64,000 nucleotides of DNA from Octopus vulgaris (GCA_951406725.2 OX597821.1:93186001-93250000); one strand, 5' to 3'. Counted from the first letter of the stretch, positions 1 to 15,497 are shown. The notes: generated by a model from the sequence alone, not told the origin. Numbers and translations are program-made.

Positions 1-2790
<2,790 letters not shown>

Positions 2791-2847
2791 TATTTCTTGT
2801 CAATGTTAAAATATATTCATTTATATTTTATATATATATATATATAT

Positions 2848-3230
2848 AGGCGCAGGAGTGGCTGTGTGGTAAGTAGCTTGTTTACCAACCACATGGTTCC
2901 GGGTTCAGTCCCACTGCGTGGCACCTTGGGCAAGTGTCTTCTACTATAGCCTCGGGCCGACCAAAGCCTTGTGAGTGGATTTGGTAGACGGAAACTGAAA
3001 GAAGCCCATCGTATATATGTATATATATATATATATATGCGTGTTTGTCCCCCTAGCATTGCTTGACAACCGATGCTGGTGTGTTTATGTCCCCGTAACT
3101 TAGCGGTTCGGTAAAAGAAACTGATAGAATAAGTACTGGGCTTACAAAAGAATATGTCCCGGGGTCGAGTTGCTCGATTAAAGGCGGTGCTCCAGCATGG
3201 CCGCAGTCAAATGACTGAAACAAGTAAAAG
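2848..3230 (+). mobile_element. tRNA-derived SINE, family A (CORE-SINE-like), full length
   Basis: A-box-like TGGCTGTGTGG and B-box-like GGTTCAGTCCC; 'ggcaccttgggcaagtgtctt' resembles the CORE domain; internal (TA)n(TG)n; AGTAAAAG tail; near-identical copies elsewhere in the window. Confidence 0.9.
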
Positions 3231-3244
3231 ATATATATATATAT

Positions 3245-3355
3245 ATCTGTAAATGTAATATATGACAATTATTCAGTAGCCATGATAAAACTCCAAGTTT
3301 CGGATGTCGAGGTGGGAATCCACGCCGCCATCTCTTCAGTTATCCGGCCATCGGA
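3245..3355 (-). mobile_element. Truncated copy of short TA-inserted element (family H1) with hammerhead-like core at 3284-3344
   Basis: Homologous to 23271-23479 and 29041-29256. Minus strand reads gataa-CTGAAGA-gatg...catc-c-GAAA-cttggag-TT-ttatc. Confidence 0.65.
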
Positions 3356-3752
3356 TATAGATATATATTCACTTATATATATTTTAGTATATTCACTTAT
3401 ATTCTATAGGCTATTTTACTTCAGTCATCGCACTGCGACCATTCTACGTCCTTCAAAAATTTAGTTGAGCAAGGATTTAGTCGAGCAAATAGACACAGTA
3501 CTTATTTTAAAATCTGTTATTTATTCTATCGGTTAATTTTGGTGAACCACTAAGCTATGAAGATGTAAACAAATCAACCATACCATTTGTCAAACTGGGG
3601 CGGTGCAAAACACAAAACCAAAAATGAAACACATACAAGCACACAAATAGATGTATTTGTACGTAATGATGCCAGTCATTAGTCATTGAATTTTAAATAC
3701 ACTGGACCTTTTAAAGTTTTGTCAATTGAAGGTAAAACTATGACTTTGGATA

Positions 3753-4299
3753 TCTCTCTCTATATAAACGGCAGTTTGTCTGTCTGTGTGTCTGAGTGTC
3801 TGTCAGGTTGTACCCTCACCCTGACCACAGCTTTCAACCGATTCTGATGAAACTTGACACACACATAGCCCAATGTCATAATTCAAAACTAACGCAGCGA
3901 AAATTTTGAAAAGTTTCCCCAGTTTTTAAAAAAATCGATAAATTCGACATGGGGTCGAGAGTCTCAGTTTTTTATATGCAACACATTTTATGTTGTAGTT
4001 TTCGCAACTTGCAATCGATTTTCACCAAACTCATGGTGAAGCTTAATGTTACCCTAAGAAACTTAATTCTAACGTTAGTTTTCCATGCAATACCTTACCA
4101 TCAGAAAAATCGATAAAATCATGCCATTTTGGGAAATCGCGTTTTCGCCCAAAGGGACAGCTAGGAACATCGTATACACAGAAGACATTGAAACCTACAC
4201 ATGCACCTTCGTTCCCTAGAAGGAAAGGACTAGATTGGGATTAGTCGTTGCCTACTAGGGGCTCTTACATACCCGGGCAACGCCGGGCTATGCTGCTAG
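3753..4299 (+). mobile_element. Non-autonomous Helitron
   Basis: 5' TC(TCTCTCTATATAAA), (TGTC)n near the 5' end, 3' hairpin CCCGGGCAACGCCGGG then CTAG; inserted between A and T with no TSD; removal restores the Gypsy frame. Confidence 0.9.
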
Positions 4300-4528
4300 T
4301 GCATGATAAAAAGGAAGTTGTCAGTCTAGACAGAGTTAAAAAAGTTTATTTCGATCAGTCTTCATGTCATGAGAATAGAAAGTTCAGCAACACATTTCAA
4401 AATAACACGAAACAGAACAATTCACAAAACAGCGAACTTAAGGTTGAAGAAAAGATCCACAAGTAAATTTTAAAATCACCTACTAGCGAAAAGAAAACTA
4501 AAAGTGGTAGAATGGTATATTTTCCCAA

Positions 4529-4950
4529 CAGGGCGGCGAGCTGGCAGAAACGTTAGTACGCTGGGCGAAATGCTTAGCGGTATTTCGTCTGCTGTTACGT
4601 TCTGAGTTCAAATTCCGCCGAGGTCGACTTTGCCTTTCATCCTTTCGGGGTCGATAAATTAAGTACCAGTTACGCACTGGGGTCGATGTAATCGACTTAA
4701 TACCTATGTCTGTCCTTGTTTGTCCCCTCTGTGTTTAGCCCCTTGTGGGTAATAAAGAAATAGGTATTTCGTCTGCCGTTACGTTTTGAGTTCAAATGCC
4801 GCCGAGGTCGACTTTGCCTTTCATCCTTTCGGGGTCGATTAAATAAGTACCAGTTACGCACTGGGGTCGATATAATCGACTTAATCCGTTTGTCTGTTCT
4901 TGTTTGTCCTCTCTGTGTTTAGCCCCTTGTGGGTAGTAAAGAAATAAATA
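4529..4950 (+). mobile_element. tRNA-derived SINE, family B, head-to-tail dimer
   Basis: GAGCTGGCAGAA A-box-like and GAGTTCAAAT B-box-like motifs; core gcctttcatcctttcggggtcgat; second unit restarts at ggtatttcgtctg; 15-bp TSD ggtatattttcccaa (4514-4528, 4951-4965). Confidence 0.9.
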
Positions 4951-5280
4951 GGTATATTTTCCCAAAAGATTTTCTCAGTTTGTTTGAATATATTCCTCGT
5001 GAACTTTTATATTCCCCGATTATTTTTATAAAAAAAAGATTTTATAATTTTTTCCAGAGAAATTATATTGCGCAATTTGATAAACTTTCCATGGGCGCTG
5101 TATTATTGTAAAACCGTGATGCGCAGTTATTTTCATTTGTTTAACATGTGGATACATTAGTAAATTTGTATACTTGACTTGCTAAAAATATTAATTCCAG
5201 CTATGTATTGAAATATATTTGTATTATTAATATTCTTTTTTTTTCGCAAGATTTTAACAATTTTTCTGGTTGAGGGCTTA

Positions 5281-6069
5281 TGTAGCGACACAAGTCATAA
5301 AAAAACTTTTATCGGCGGTAATATGACGTAATGGTCATGTTGCCCGAATAGGTATAATTGTTAGTTTCCCATTGGTTGAAATTACTTCTTATATTTGAAT
5401 TCTAACTTAGGTCAAAGAGAAATCTTTCACGAAATTCGGTTCTTAGAATTCAGCTATGAGCAGTTATAAAAACACTTATTTTGGGGAAATTGATCAGTGT
5501 TCGTTGGTTGTCACCCAATTCCACGACGCTCACTCTCTTGAGATAGTGGCTTTTGTTATGCCATGTCTATTATCTAATTCAACAAGGCTATTTTGAATTT
5601 TTTTTAAAAACTCTAGTAGCTTAGTTATGGAAGAATTAGCTAATATAAATTTTATGTCGTAACTCTACTCTTTGACTTATAAAAGTGTACAGTAAATATT
5701 AAATGTATGTAAAGAAACTAATTTAGCAAATAATTTCTTTTTCTTCCTTTTCTTCAACCTGCTGATGAAATTTATTTCTGCGACTATGAAACTGTTATTA
5801 TAGTGATGAAAAAGAGCGAGCTTTATTATCTTCAACATACATGCACGTTCAGCGTCTTGTGGTGTGTATAATTCACCAAGGCGTTTACGCAACCTGAGTT
5901 AAGATTTATATATGGTGATAAATGCTTATAATTAGGTTATAAGTGACGGGTTTATCGCCATGGATTCCTACTCAAGAAATATTTTATATTTATTATCTCT
6001 TCCAAGTCAAAACCGTTTTAAGTTGGTAATACACCGTTTGCCACTCGTCATTTCTTCTCAATACTAACA
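5281..6069 (+). mobile_element. Probable 3' LTR of the Gypsy relic
   Basis: Starts TGTAGCG right after a PPT-like ctggttgagggctta downstream of the integrase relic; TATAAAA at ~5466; candidate end CTAACA. The right boundary is uncertain. Confidence 0.45.
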
Positions 6070-6104
6070 CCGGTTATAAAACACCGTTATATATATAAAT
6101 ATAT

Positions 6105-6496
6105 AGGCGCAGGAGTGGCTGTGTAGTAAGTAGCTTGTTAACCAACCACATGGTTCCGGGTTCAGTCCCACTGCGTGGCATCTTGGGCAAGTGTCTTCTG
6201 CTATAGCCCCGGGCCGACCAATGCCTTGTGAGTGGATTTGGTAGACGGAAACTGAAAGAAGCCTGTCGTATATATGCATATATATGTGTATGTGTGTGTG
6301 TTTGTCCCCCTAGCATTGCTTGACAACCGATGCTGGTGCGTTTACGTCCCCGTCACTTAGCGGTTCGGCAAAAGAGACCGATAGAATAAGTACTGGGCTT
6401 ACGAAGAATAAGTCCCGGGGTCGATTTGCCCACTAAAGGCGGTGCTCCAGCATGGCCGCAGTCAAATGACTGAAACATGTAAAAGAGTAAAGAGTA
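6105..6496 (+). mobile_element. SINE family A, full length
   Basis: Near-identical to 2848-3230; preceded by (TA)n. Confidence 0.9.
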
Positions 6497-6642
6497 ATAT
6501 ACACCTCGAACCCACAAAAGTTAACAAGAGAGACAAAGACAGGCAGAAACAAGGAAAATGCCACTTGTATTTGAACACTATGCAAATATTCTTTTAAAAA
6601 AACTTTTCTTTTAATTTTTCCCAATTTAATTGCCTTCCATAC

Positions 6643-6684
6643 TTACAGTTGAAAAAGTCTCAATGACTGAAACCGTTACTGGAA
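6643..6684 (+). ncRNA. Degenerate hammerhead-like motif in a short repeat (related fragment at ~60340-60430)
   Basis: ttacag-TTGAAAA-agtc-tcaat-gact-GAAA-ccgtta-ctggaa. Stem II is intact but the core is mutated; downstream ttattttagcattttcca is shared with ~60380. Confidence 0.35.
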
Positions 6685-6738
6685 TTTGCTTTTTATAAAA
6701 TTATTTTAGCATTTTCCATCTTGAATTTTTCTCCACAC

Positions 6739-7075
<337 letters not shown>

Positions 7076-7239
7076 GACGAGCTGCCATACAGTTACCGTC
7101 TACCGAATTCACTGTCAAAGCATTGGTCAAAGCATTGGGACTGTAGTCGAAACTCTTGCCTAAGGTACCATGGAGTGAGACTGAACTAAAATGCGCATGG
7201 TTGCAAAGCAAACTCTTCAACTATACAGTAGTTGAAAAA

Positions 7240-8830
7240 TTGCAACATCGGCATTTTCAAGTAACATCACGAAAATCGTGAACCGACAAAATATATACTG
7301 TAAAAATTTTTTTTTTTTTTTTAATGACCATCTACAAGTTGCAATATTAGCACTGCAAAATTATGTCTTTGAATTTAGTGAATTACGTCATTGCCGTTGT
7401 AAAATAACATTAGTGAGGTTAGAAAATGACATCAAAGACTCGTAAACTCACAGCTTCATACATGTTTCAAAACTAATGCGACTGACTTTGTGAAATTACG
7501 TTGGTGACGCTTGAAAATAGCAGCAATGACGGTGTGAAATTTCAGTATCGACTTTTAATGATACTTCGAACATTAATGTTTTGAATTAACATCTCCGTAA
7601 TATCGAACGCTCTGATATTACATTATTCATATTTTGATATGGTGTAGCTTAGCTTACACTGTGAAAGTACAATGCTGACTTAGTTAAAATACATCTTTTA
7701 CTTACTGAAATTCGAAAGCTGACGTTGAAAATTTACATTAGTAACGTTGTGAAGTTACGATATTGGTGTTGTGGATTTACGCTACTCCTCATTGACGTCA
7801 ATGACATTACGCTACTCCTCATTGACGTCAATGACTTTACGCTACTCCTCGTTGAACACTATTCCTCATTGACGTCAATGGCATTAGTCTACTCCTCATT
7901 GACGTCAATGGCATTTCGCTACTCCTCATTGACGTCAATGACATTACGCTACTCCTCGTTGACGTCAATGACATTACGCTACTCATTGACGTCAATGACT
8001 TTACGCTACTCCTCGTTGACGTCAATGACTTTACGCTACTCCTCGTTGATGTCAATGACATTACACTACTCCTCATTGACGTCAATGGCATTACGCTACT
8101 CCACATTGACGTCAAGGACATTACGCTACTCCTCAATGACGTCAATGACTTTACGCTACTCCTCATTGACGTCAATGACATTACGCTACTCCTCATTGAC
8201 GTCAATGACATTACGCTACTCCTCATTGACGTCAAGGACATTACGCTACTCCTCAATGACGTCAATGACATTACGCTACTCCTCATTATACCTATAAGGT
8301 TGTAAAATTAACTCATTGACCTTGTGAATAATATCATGGATAGTGTGGAATTGCGTAACTGATTTTGTGAAAGTATATTCGTGTCAATACAAATGTCATC
8401 ATCATTGATGTCATAGAATATATCATTGTCATTTGAAAGTGATCTTAACTTTGTTAAATTACATTATTGACGTTTGGAAACTGACTTTATGAAATTATAT
8501 CACTAATACCATTGATGTTGTATTTTTATAACATTATTGTCATTGTTATTTAATTATTATTTAATTATCTTATTGACGTTACCATTCACTTTGTGAAAGT
8601 TACCATTGACCTTTGAGAGGTCAATATTTAGAGATAATAAAGTTAAATTAATGATGTCGTTAATTTATATTAATAACGTTGTGAATTGACATCTTTTACA
8701 ATATGTAAAATTGTCGTTACCCTTATTAACGCTATCGTTTAGTTTTTTTAAACTGATATTATTACCATAGTGTGTTTACATCACGGTTGAATATTATTTA
8801 CGTTTGGAAACGTCATCGTTCATATTAGAA
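7240..8830. repeat. Old 22-bp satellite, right block
   Basis: Same degenerate motif as 1-2790 (e.g. aattacgtcattgccgttgtaaa at 7381). Confidence 0.75.
7777..8287. repeat. Young 30-bp minisatellite, about 17 units (TTACGCTACTCCTCATTGACGTCAATGACA)
   Basis: Highly homogeneous units. The consensus unit contains the 16-bp palindrome TCATTGACGTCAATGA, centred on the CRE octamer TGACGTCA. Confidence 0.97.
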
Positions 8831-8946
8831 ATTAGTCATTTATGTTACGAAATGTTATCAAAATATACAACATCCACATTGGAAAAGTTTTACTTAATAG
8901 ATGGAAGTTAACACAAAACCTATTCTCAATATACTGATGAGAGAAA

Positions 8947-9344
8947 TCTTTATATATAAAAGTAAGGTTGTGTGCTGTCTGTCTCCTTCGATTTAGATTC
9001 CTAACTACTCCCACATTTTGCGGTGCAGTTTAACCAAAACCGGGTATCTTATAGTCGTGATTCATATCGAGCCCTTCTGGGTATTAGCGCGTGTCTACGA
9101 TGAGTCTACGATTTTAAAAAAAATTTACCATCAATTTTTCCCATTTTTAATGCATTTTTGGCATATATAAGGGAAGTAACTCTCTAAAAATTTATTATTA
9201 AATCTCAGAACGTAAAAAGCTACAGTAACACCCCCCCCCTTTGTGGTTAGCCATATTGAGATAGCTATTATACTTTACATCTCTAAAAATGCTTATATAG
9301 TTATTTCCCTTACAAACCCGAGCATCGCCGGGCGATACTGCTAG
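8947..9344 (+). mobile_element. Non-autonomous Helitron (second family)
   Basis: 5' TCTTTATATATAAAA; 3' hairpin CCCGAGCATCGCCGGG then CTAG; A|T insertion site. Confidence 0.85.
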
Positions 9345-10701
9345 TTCTTTATAAAGAAAGGTTTTATTCTCAATAAATCTTGCTTATCAGTTTGTTTCTC
9401 CGATGATACGATTAACGAGTAACACTGCAACATAGCGCAACAAGTATACAAAACAAAATCCTCATCAGTTACACGAGTCCCCAGCTCCTCATAGCAGTAA
9501 AACTACCTTATCCGTGGTAACTATTTACAGATGAGCAAATTAGATGTGAGTTGTGTGTCTTTGTAATGGAGTCAGAGAAAGACACACTGTTTTACCTATG
9601 ACGAGATAAGAACTGTCAATCCTTCAGCCTGTAGACCAGAATTCTATCGACTCCACTTGATACAGCTCTCCAAATTACCTTTAGCTAAATAAATAATGAA
9701 ATTTGAGACAAAAAAAAATCTACAAATTAGTTTCTGTTTGTATTTCCCATCTCCAAAACCTTTATAGTTGTCAACAACATGAATACATACAAGAGATGCG
9801 TAAGTGTCCTCTCTCTCTCATTCTTTATCTCCATCTCTTTCTGTCTATCTCTTCTCCCTCGGCAAATTTACACTCATTGCTCCTACCTTACCTACACACT
9901 AAACAATTCTTTCATCTTTCGGTAGTTTTGTTTTTGAGGTCTGATTAGATAAAGTATGTTTTGCTGTTTTTTATTCCTCTAATATTTCTTTTCGGTAAAC
10001 AAAATTATGTTCTTCATTTTATCACTAATGGCAAATTATCTGCTACATCATACCTTTAATTGCATTCCATTCAGATCCTTCCAACATTATGTGGACGTTT
10101 CTTAAGAAAGTAAAAACGCATAAAACGTAACGAAAAAGGAACAAAAGTAAAATATAATTATATCGGAAACAAAAATGAGGTCGTAGCACAAAACACAGCT
10201 CGTGAGTTTTGATAATGGCTAAATTCTTATTATAAGATCCCGCCGAAGGAATATTTGTACACAATATAATGATGTGGTAATTTCTATTGTCTTTTATTTC
10301 ATTAATTGAATATTTATTTGTATAACTATTTACATAAAGCAAGGAAAGCGCATGTCTATTTTGTGTGTGTACGTATGTGGATGGAATACTTACAGGAGGA
10401 TCAGAAAGTATTCAATACTAAAATTAGAGTAAGTTATTTGACTGAAAAATGACAATTTACAAATCGTTTCTCTGAGATTTTCATAGTTTCGCTTCAGATG
10501 ATGGCGAAATCTGAAACATACGACGAAATTTTAAAGAGCTTTTAGGTCATGTGTGTGTATTATATGTATGTATGTTAGTATGAATATGTCTGTATACAGA
10601 GGGATAGAGAGAGAGAGAGAGAGAGAGGGGGGAGAGACGGACGAACGAACGTATGGACGAACGAACGTATGGACGAACGGATTGATGGATGATAGATCTA
10701 C

Positions 10702-10777
<76 letters not shown>

Positions 10778-10797
10778 CCTCGTGTGTGTGACCTCGT

Positions 10798-10986
10798 GTG
10801 TACCGTTGGCGATTTTTTTCCTCTGTCTTCCCTTCTCTTGATCTTTCCTTCTCCTATGTTTCCGACGAAGAGCTCCGCTCGAAACGTTAAACCCTCCTTC
10901 TTTCCTTCTTTCCTGAGCGTCCAATAATACTATATTTGTTCCACGTCCTCACGTTGTTGTTTTTTTGTGCTTTCTTGTTTGGATTA

Positions 10987-10990
<4 letters not shown>
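10798..10990 (+). mobile_element. Short element (family H2) between (TG)n and (TA)n, with minimal hammerhead-like motif at 10858-10892
   Basis: gttt-CCGACGA-a-gagc-tcc-gctc-GAAA-cg-TT-aaac. A near-identical inverted copy lies at 47520-47717. Confidence 0.7.
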
Positions 10991-11077
<87 letters not shown>

Positions 11078-11399
11078 ATGTTATTTTATTCCACACGAGT
11101 AGAAATATAGGAGAAATAGAAGTTAAAAATGCACTGAAAATAGTTAAAATATTTTTTATTAAAATATTTGAGGCTTTAAACGGTTTCACAGTTTACACTG
11201 AATTTCAAAATGTTCAAATAGAAAGGCATGACTTATGACGCAGCTGTCTTGCTTCTGACTAGTGTTTGAAGCTTGTCCTATTTTTATAGGGAGTTCATGG
11301 CACAAATTAGTATATGTTTTGAATAGGATGTGATTGGTAGAGGCTAGTCATATGACTGGTCTTAGACATCTTTGTAGGTTCCCCGCTACGTCCATGTTT

Positions 11400-11736
11400 T
11401 AGTATTAAGTGATAATGTTCGACGTCGTAAGCCTTCAGTACAGTACTGCGAACGGTATTCCTTATAGAATCCCATCTTCTCTGTGTGCCTCTGTTTAGTG
11501 GGTCTTCAAGGAGGGTGACCTGATGAATTCGTACGCCTTATCTGGTTGTCGTATTATATAGTGACATCAATGCGCTGCTTGCCAAATGGTTTCATATTGT
11601 GTATCTACATTGGTTGAAGTCTAATCTTGCAGCAAACCAAAGAGTGATCTTTGTCGCAAATGGCATTCTGAAAGGGTCGAGTTGTGAGTATATTCCTCCA
11701 AACAGCTCTATCCGGTTATACACACACACATATAAT

Positions 11737-11774
<38 letters not shown>

Positions 11775-12420
11775 CATATTATATACACACATATACAGCT
11801 CCTCCAAATTTTTCCTGTTTGTATATCGCTTCTTGATTTTCATTTTGCTCTACTCTCTCTCAGTCTGTCCGTCTGTCTGTCTATCTTTCTCTTTTCACTA
11901 AACTCTCTCTCTCTCTCTCTCTCTCACTCTCATTCTCTCTCTCTCTCTCTCCCTCCAACACTCCTTTAACATTTTTATTATTACCATCATTCCTGCTGTT
12001 ATTCTTGATATTATTTTTCTTATTGCTGTGGTTATTATTAATCTGTCATTTCATCTGTCATTTCATGTCTAGTTGGTGCTGTTGTTTAGGACGGGGGTGT
12101 CTCCCAAGATATTTTATGCGGGGGTCTTATTTTGGAAGTGTGTGTTGCTGGTACAGGGCCCATAAAATATACAAGACTCAAGAAATCATTGTTATTTATA
12201 CTACCCATCCCATTCCGCCCTAGGACCCACTCTGGCGTTGAAGTTACCGAACTACAGTAGTTGTTCCTAGCCTGGAGTCTACTGAAATGTCTTACAGAGT
12301 TGGTCATAAAATTTGTCCTTTTTAACTTTTGTAGAGAAAAGTGTCTCAACATGAGCCGCAACAAAATTGACAAGTCACTTGGATGTAAGAAGCCGAAGTT
12401 AGAAAACCTGCTTAGTAACC
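11400..12420 (-). pseudogene. RTE-clade LINE apurinic-endonuclease relic, interrupted by a templated insertion
   Basis: Frameshifted minus-strand pieces read KDKFYDQL, GNFNARVG, NTHFQ..HKISW-HPRPKQQHQLD, then after the insert CDKDHSLVCCKIRLQP. Confidence 0.75.
11705..12056 (+). repeat. About 350-bp copy of the local sequence at 14474-14975
   Basis: Direct identity from gctctatccggttatacac to attaatctgtcatttcatct. Confidence 0.92.
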
Positions 12421-12448
12421 CTGCCTCACTCCTCTCTCTCTCTCTCTA

Positions 12449-12484
<36 letters not shown>

Positions 12485-12666
12485 AATCTTTATTTCTCTC
12501 TCTGGGCTCCACCGTATTTAGCAGTGAATCTCTCACAGCGAAGCCAACTCCATGCTTTCTAATCTCGTCTAAGTCCTTTCCCTGCCAGAAACAAAGTATC
12601 GTCCCTTAAGATGCTGATTCTGCGAAGCATTTTTCTTCTGTTTATTCGATGTCTATTTGAAATTTT

Positions 12667-12925
12667 GTGGAGACGCGTGGCTTAGTGGTTAGGGTGTCAG
12701 TACATGATCGTAAGATTGTGGTTTCGATTCCTGGACCGGGCGACACATTGTGTTCTTGAGCAAAACACTTCATTTCACGTTGCTCCAGTCCACTCAGCTG
12801 GCAAAAATGAGTAACGCTGCGATGGACTGGAGTCCTGTCCAGCTGGGGAACACATACGCCATTGAAACCGAGAATCCGGGACCTTGAGCCTGGCTAGGCT
12901 TTAAAAGGGCACATTTATTTATTTT
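12667..12925 (+). mobile_element. tRNA-derived SINE, family D (V-SINE-like central region)
   Basis: A box TGGCTTAGTGG, B box GTTTCGATTCC, ctgcgatggactgg segment, (TTTA)n tail, 13-bp TSD tatttgaaatttt (12654-12666, 12926-12938). Confidence 0.85.
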
Positions 12926-14505
12926 TATTTGAAATTTTAGCAGTTAGACCAGTAATAATGATCCGTACATTCCAACATCTTAACATGACTGCTAGTTTCT
13001 TCTTTTGCTTTCTTATTATGCCCAGTGCTATATTGCATTATCTACCATCTGCGATTCGGGATATTTGTATCCCTAAGACCCATGCATTCAATATGACGGA
13101 TGGAAAGTTGTAGAACAACATCTAATTGATTGAGGTTTACCTAGGTTGAGGTGGGCAGTAGTAGTCCAGTGAAATATGATAGCCTCTCTCTCCATCAAAA
13201 ACTGTCCGTGGCGCCTACACACCACAACAGTAGACTGCTGCTTACTTTGTTTATCCATTTCTGTGAGGTGATGTTCACTGTACTCTCCATAACACAGGTT
13301 TGGGCAGGGTTAGTATGGAAACCAGCATTTGCCTGTGCAGCAGCCCTCCTTTCTCTATGTTAGTGATGTTGTTCAAGAGAAGAGCAAGTCTTGAGTAGCC
13401 TGCGGCCAATGGTGTCACAGAAGTTGCCAGAATAATGTTGGAAACGTTAGAATGTTAGGATTAGCTGAATGACGCAATGTTTTTATCCACCAATAGCGTT
13501 CCTAGAGAACATCATAACATCTTCCTTGTTTTCAACATGTAGCTCTACTAGGTTGAGCCAACGAGATAATCTCTAAATAGTCGCTAGACCTGCAAGAAAC
13601 AGCAGCTAAATATCTTTCAAATCACAGAAGAGAGGGGTTTATTGAATAAAGTATGTGGGCCTAGGAAAATGAGACAAAAGAATCATAGTTCGAATGTCTT
13701 TGATCAAAAGTTTAGTTGGACAGTGCTGATCTGGGGCTGTTAAATAAAAACAACCAGAGCACTTCAGAAGTATCAGTTATTGTTGCTGTTAGAAGAGCTA
13801 ATGAAATCAATCTCTTGGAGAAACTGTGAGTTTACATATAATTGCACAAACCGTTGTTCCTTATGAACAGTACAAAATTATTCCCCACACCGTTGAACAG
13901 ATTTTTCCACCATGTAAGTTTTCAATGATGATTTGAGACAAATAACAGACGAATTGAAAGTATTGAGATGTCTGAAGAGTTCTGGTCAACTGCCAATGCT
14001 CTAAGAAAGGAAATAAATAATAAGATTCGGGTGGTTGTTATGGAAAATTTGACTGCTCTGCTACATTGTATAGAGTCGGGAAACCTAACAGAAGCACACT
14101 TGATGAATACTAAAGAATAAGATGGAAGACATAGCGGCAGTGTGATGGTGAAAAGTTGCGCTAACAAAAGACAAGAATAGCATGGTAATGGCACAAGTGT
14201 GTGAGGGGAAAAGGTAAAAGTTAATAAAACAAAAATCATAAAGTCATAAAGACAGAAAGTAGAAAAATAAATTATTATTGTTTCTTAATGTTGCATATTG
14301 AATTCCTTAGACATCGTAAATGACAATTTTTCAAATATTGATTGCCTTTGGAATCAAATATTTTCTCCAGCAACACCTCTTCGTTCTTTCTCTATTTTGA
14401 TAATCTTTTTCTCAGTTGTGCCACCTTTCCTTCCTTCTCCGCGCCACCCCACTCTTTCTTTCTATCCCTCCCCGCTCTATCCGGTTATACACACACACAT
14501 ATAAT

Positions 14506-14536
<31 letters not shown>

Positions 14537-14561
14537 ATTACATATATATACATATATATAC

Positions 14562-14608
<47 letters not shown>

Positions 14609-14645
14609 AAAAATTTGGAGGAGTTGTATATGTGTGTATATAATA

Positions 14646-14710
<65 letters not shown>

Positions 14711-15385
14711 TATATACACACATATACAACTCCTCCAAATTTTTCCTGTTTGTATATCGCTTCTTGATTCTCATTTTGCTCTACCCTCTCTCAGTCTGTC
14801 TGTCTATCTTTCTCTTTTTACTAAACTCTCTCTCTCTCTCTCTCTCTCACTCTCATACTCTCTCTCTCTCCCTCCATCACTCCTTTAACATTTTTATTAT
14901 TACCATCATTCCTGCTGTTATTCTTGATATTATTATTCTTATTGCTGTGGTTATTATTAATCTGTCATTTCATCTTAACTACCGTCACGACCACCTCAAT
15001 CACCATTGTCATCGCAAAAACCATCATAATCATCATCATCATCACCATCATCAACAACAAGAAAAACAACAACAACAACAATAACAACAGGAGCAACAGC
15101 AGCAGAACAGCCTTCAGCTGCACCACCTCTGCAACAAACTTCATCATTATTGCCATCATTCTCTTTTTGCTGTCGCCATCTTCTCTTTTATTCCTCATCA
15201 TTCTCATCAATATTTTTCCTAGATATTAATATTGTTGTTGTGCTTGCTGTCATCATTGTTGTTACAGTAGCTACTCTCGTTAATACGTGTTGCTGTTTGC
15301 AGTCATTAACCTTTTTTATTGGCCAAGCCAACTGCAACCATGGAAATTTTGTGAGGCAGAGAGTGAAGGAAAAAAAACAATATAA

Positions 15386-15437
<52 letters not shown>

Positions 15438-15464
15438 ATATATGTATTTATGTATGTATGTATG

Positions 15465-15497
<33 letters not shown>

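Larger units (their letters stand above)
3654..4985 (+). pseudogene. Ty3/Gypsy integrase C-terminal (GPY/F) relic, split by a Helitron and a SINE dimer
   Basis: Removing 3753-4299 and the SINE plus one TSD copy gives VFVRNDASH*SLNFKYTGPFKVLSIEGKTMTLD|MHDKKEVVSLDRVKKVYFD...KTKSGRMVYFP|KDF. This contains the Gypsy GPF, VSxDRxK and T(R/K)SGR motifs, with in-frame stops. Confidence 0.8.

Noticed and set aside
2817-3059. Recurrent 'RLPNPLTR...RRHLPKVPRSGTEPGTMWL' ORFs (also at 6074, 21788, 25406, 59271)
   Set aside because: Antisense translation of SINE family A, not a gene family.
7725-8297. 190-aa repetitive ORF and CRISPR-like palindromic 30-bp repeats
   Set aside because: The ORF is a read-through of the minisatellite. 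Units are contiguous with no unique spacers, there are no cas genes, and the context is eukaryotic.
12667-12745. tRNA-like sequence (also the heads of SINE A and B)
   Set aside because: A/B boxes are present but no clean cloverleaf; it continues into a SINE body with tail and TSD.
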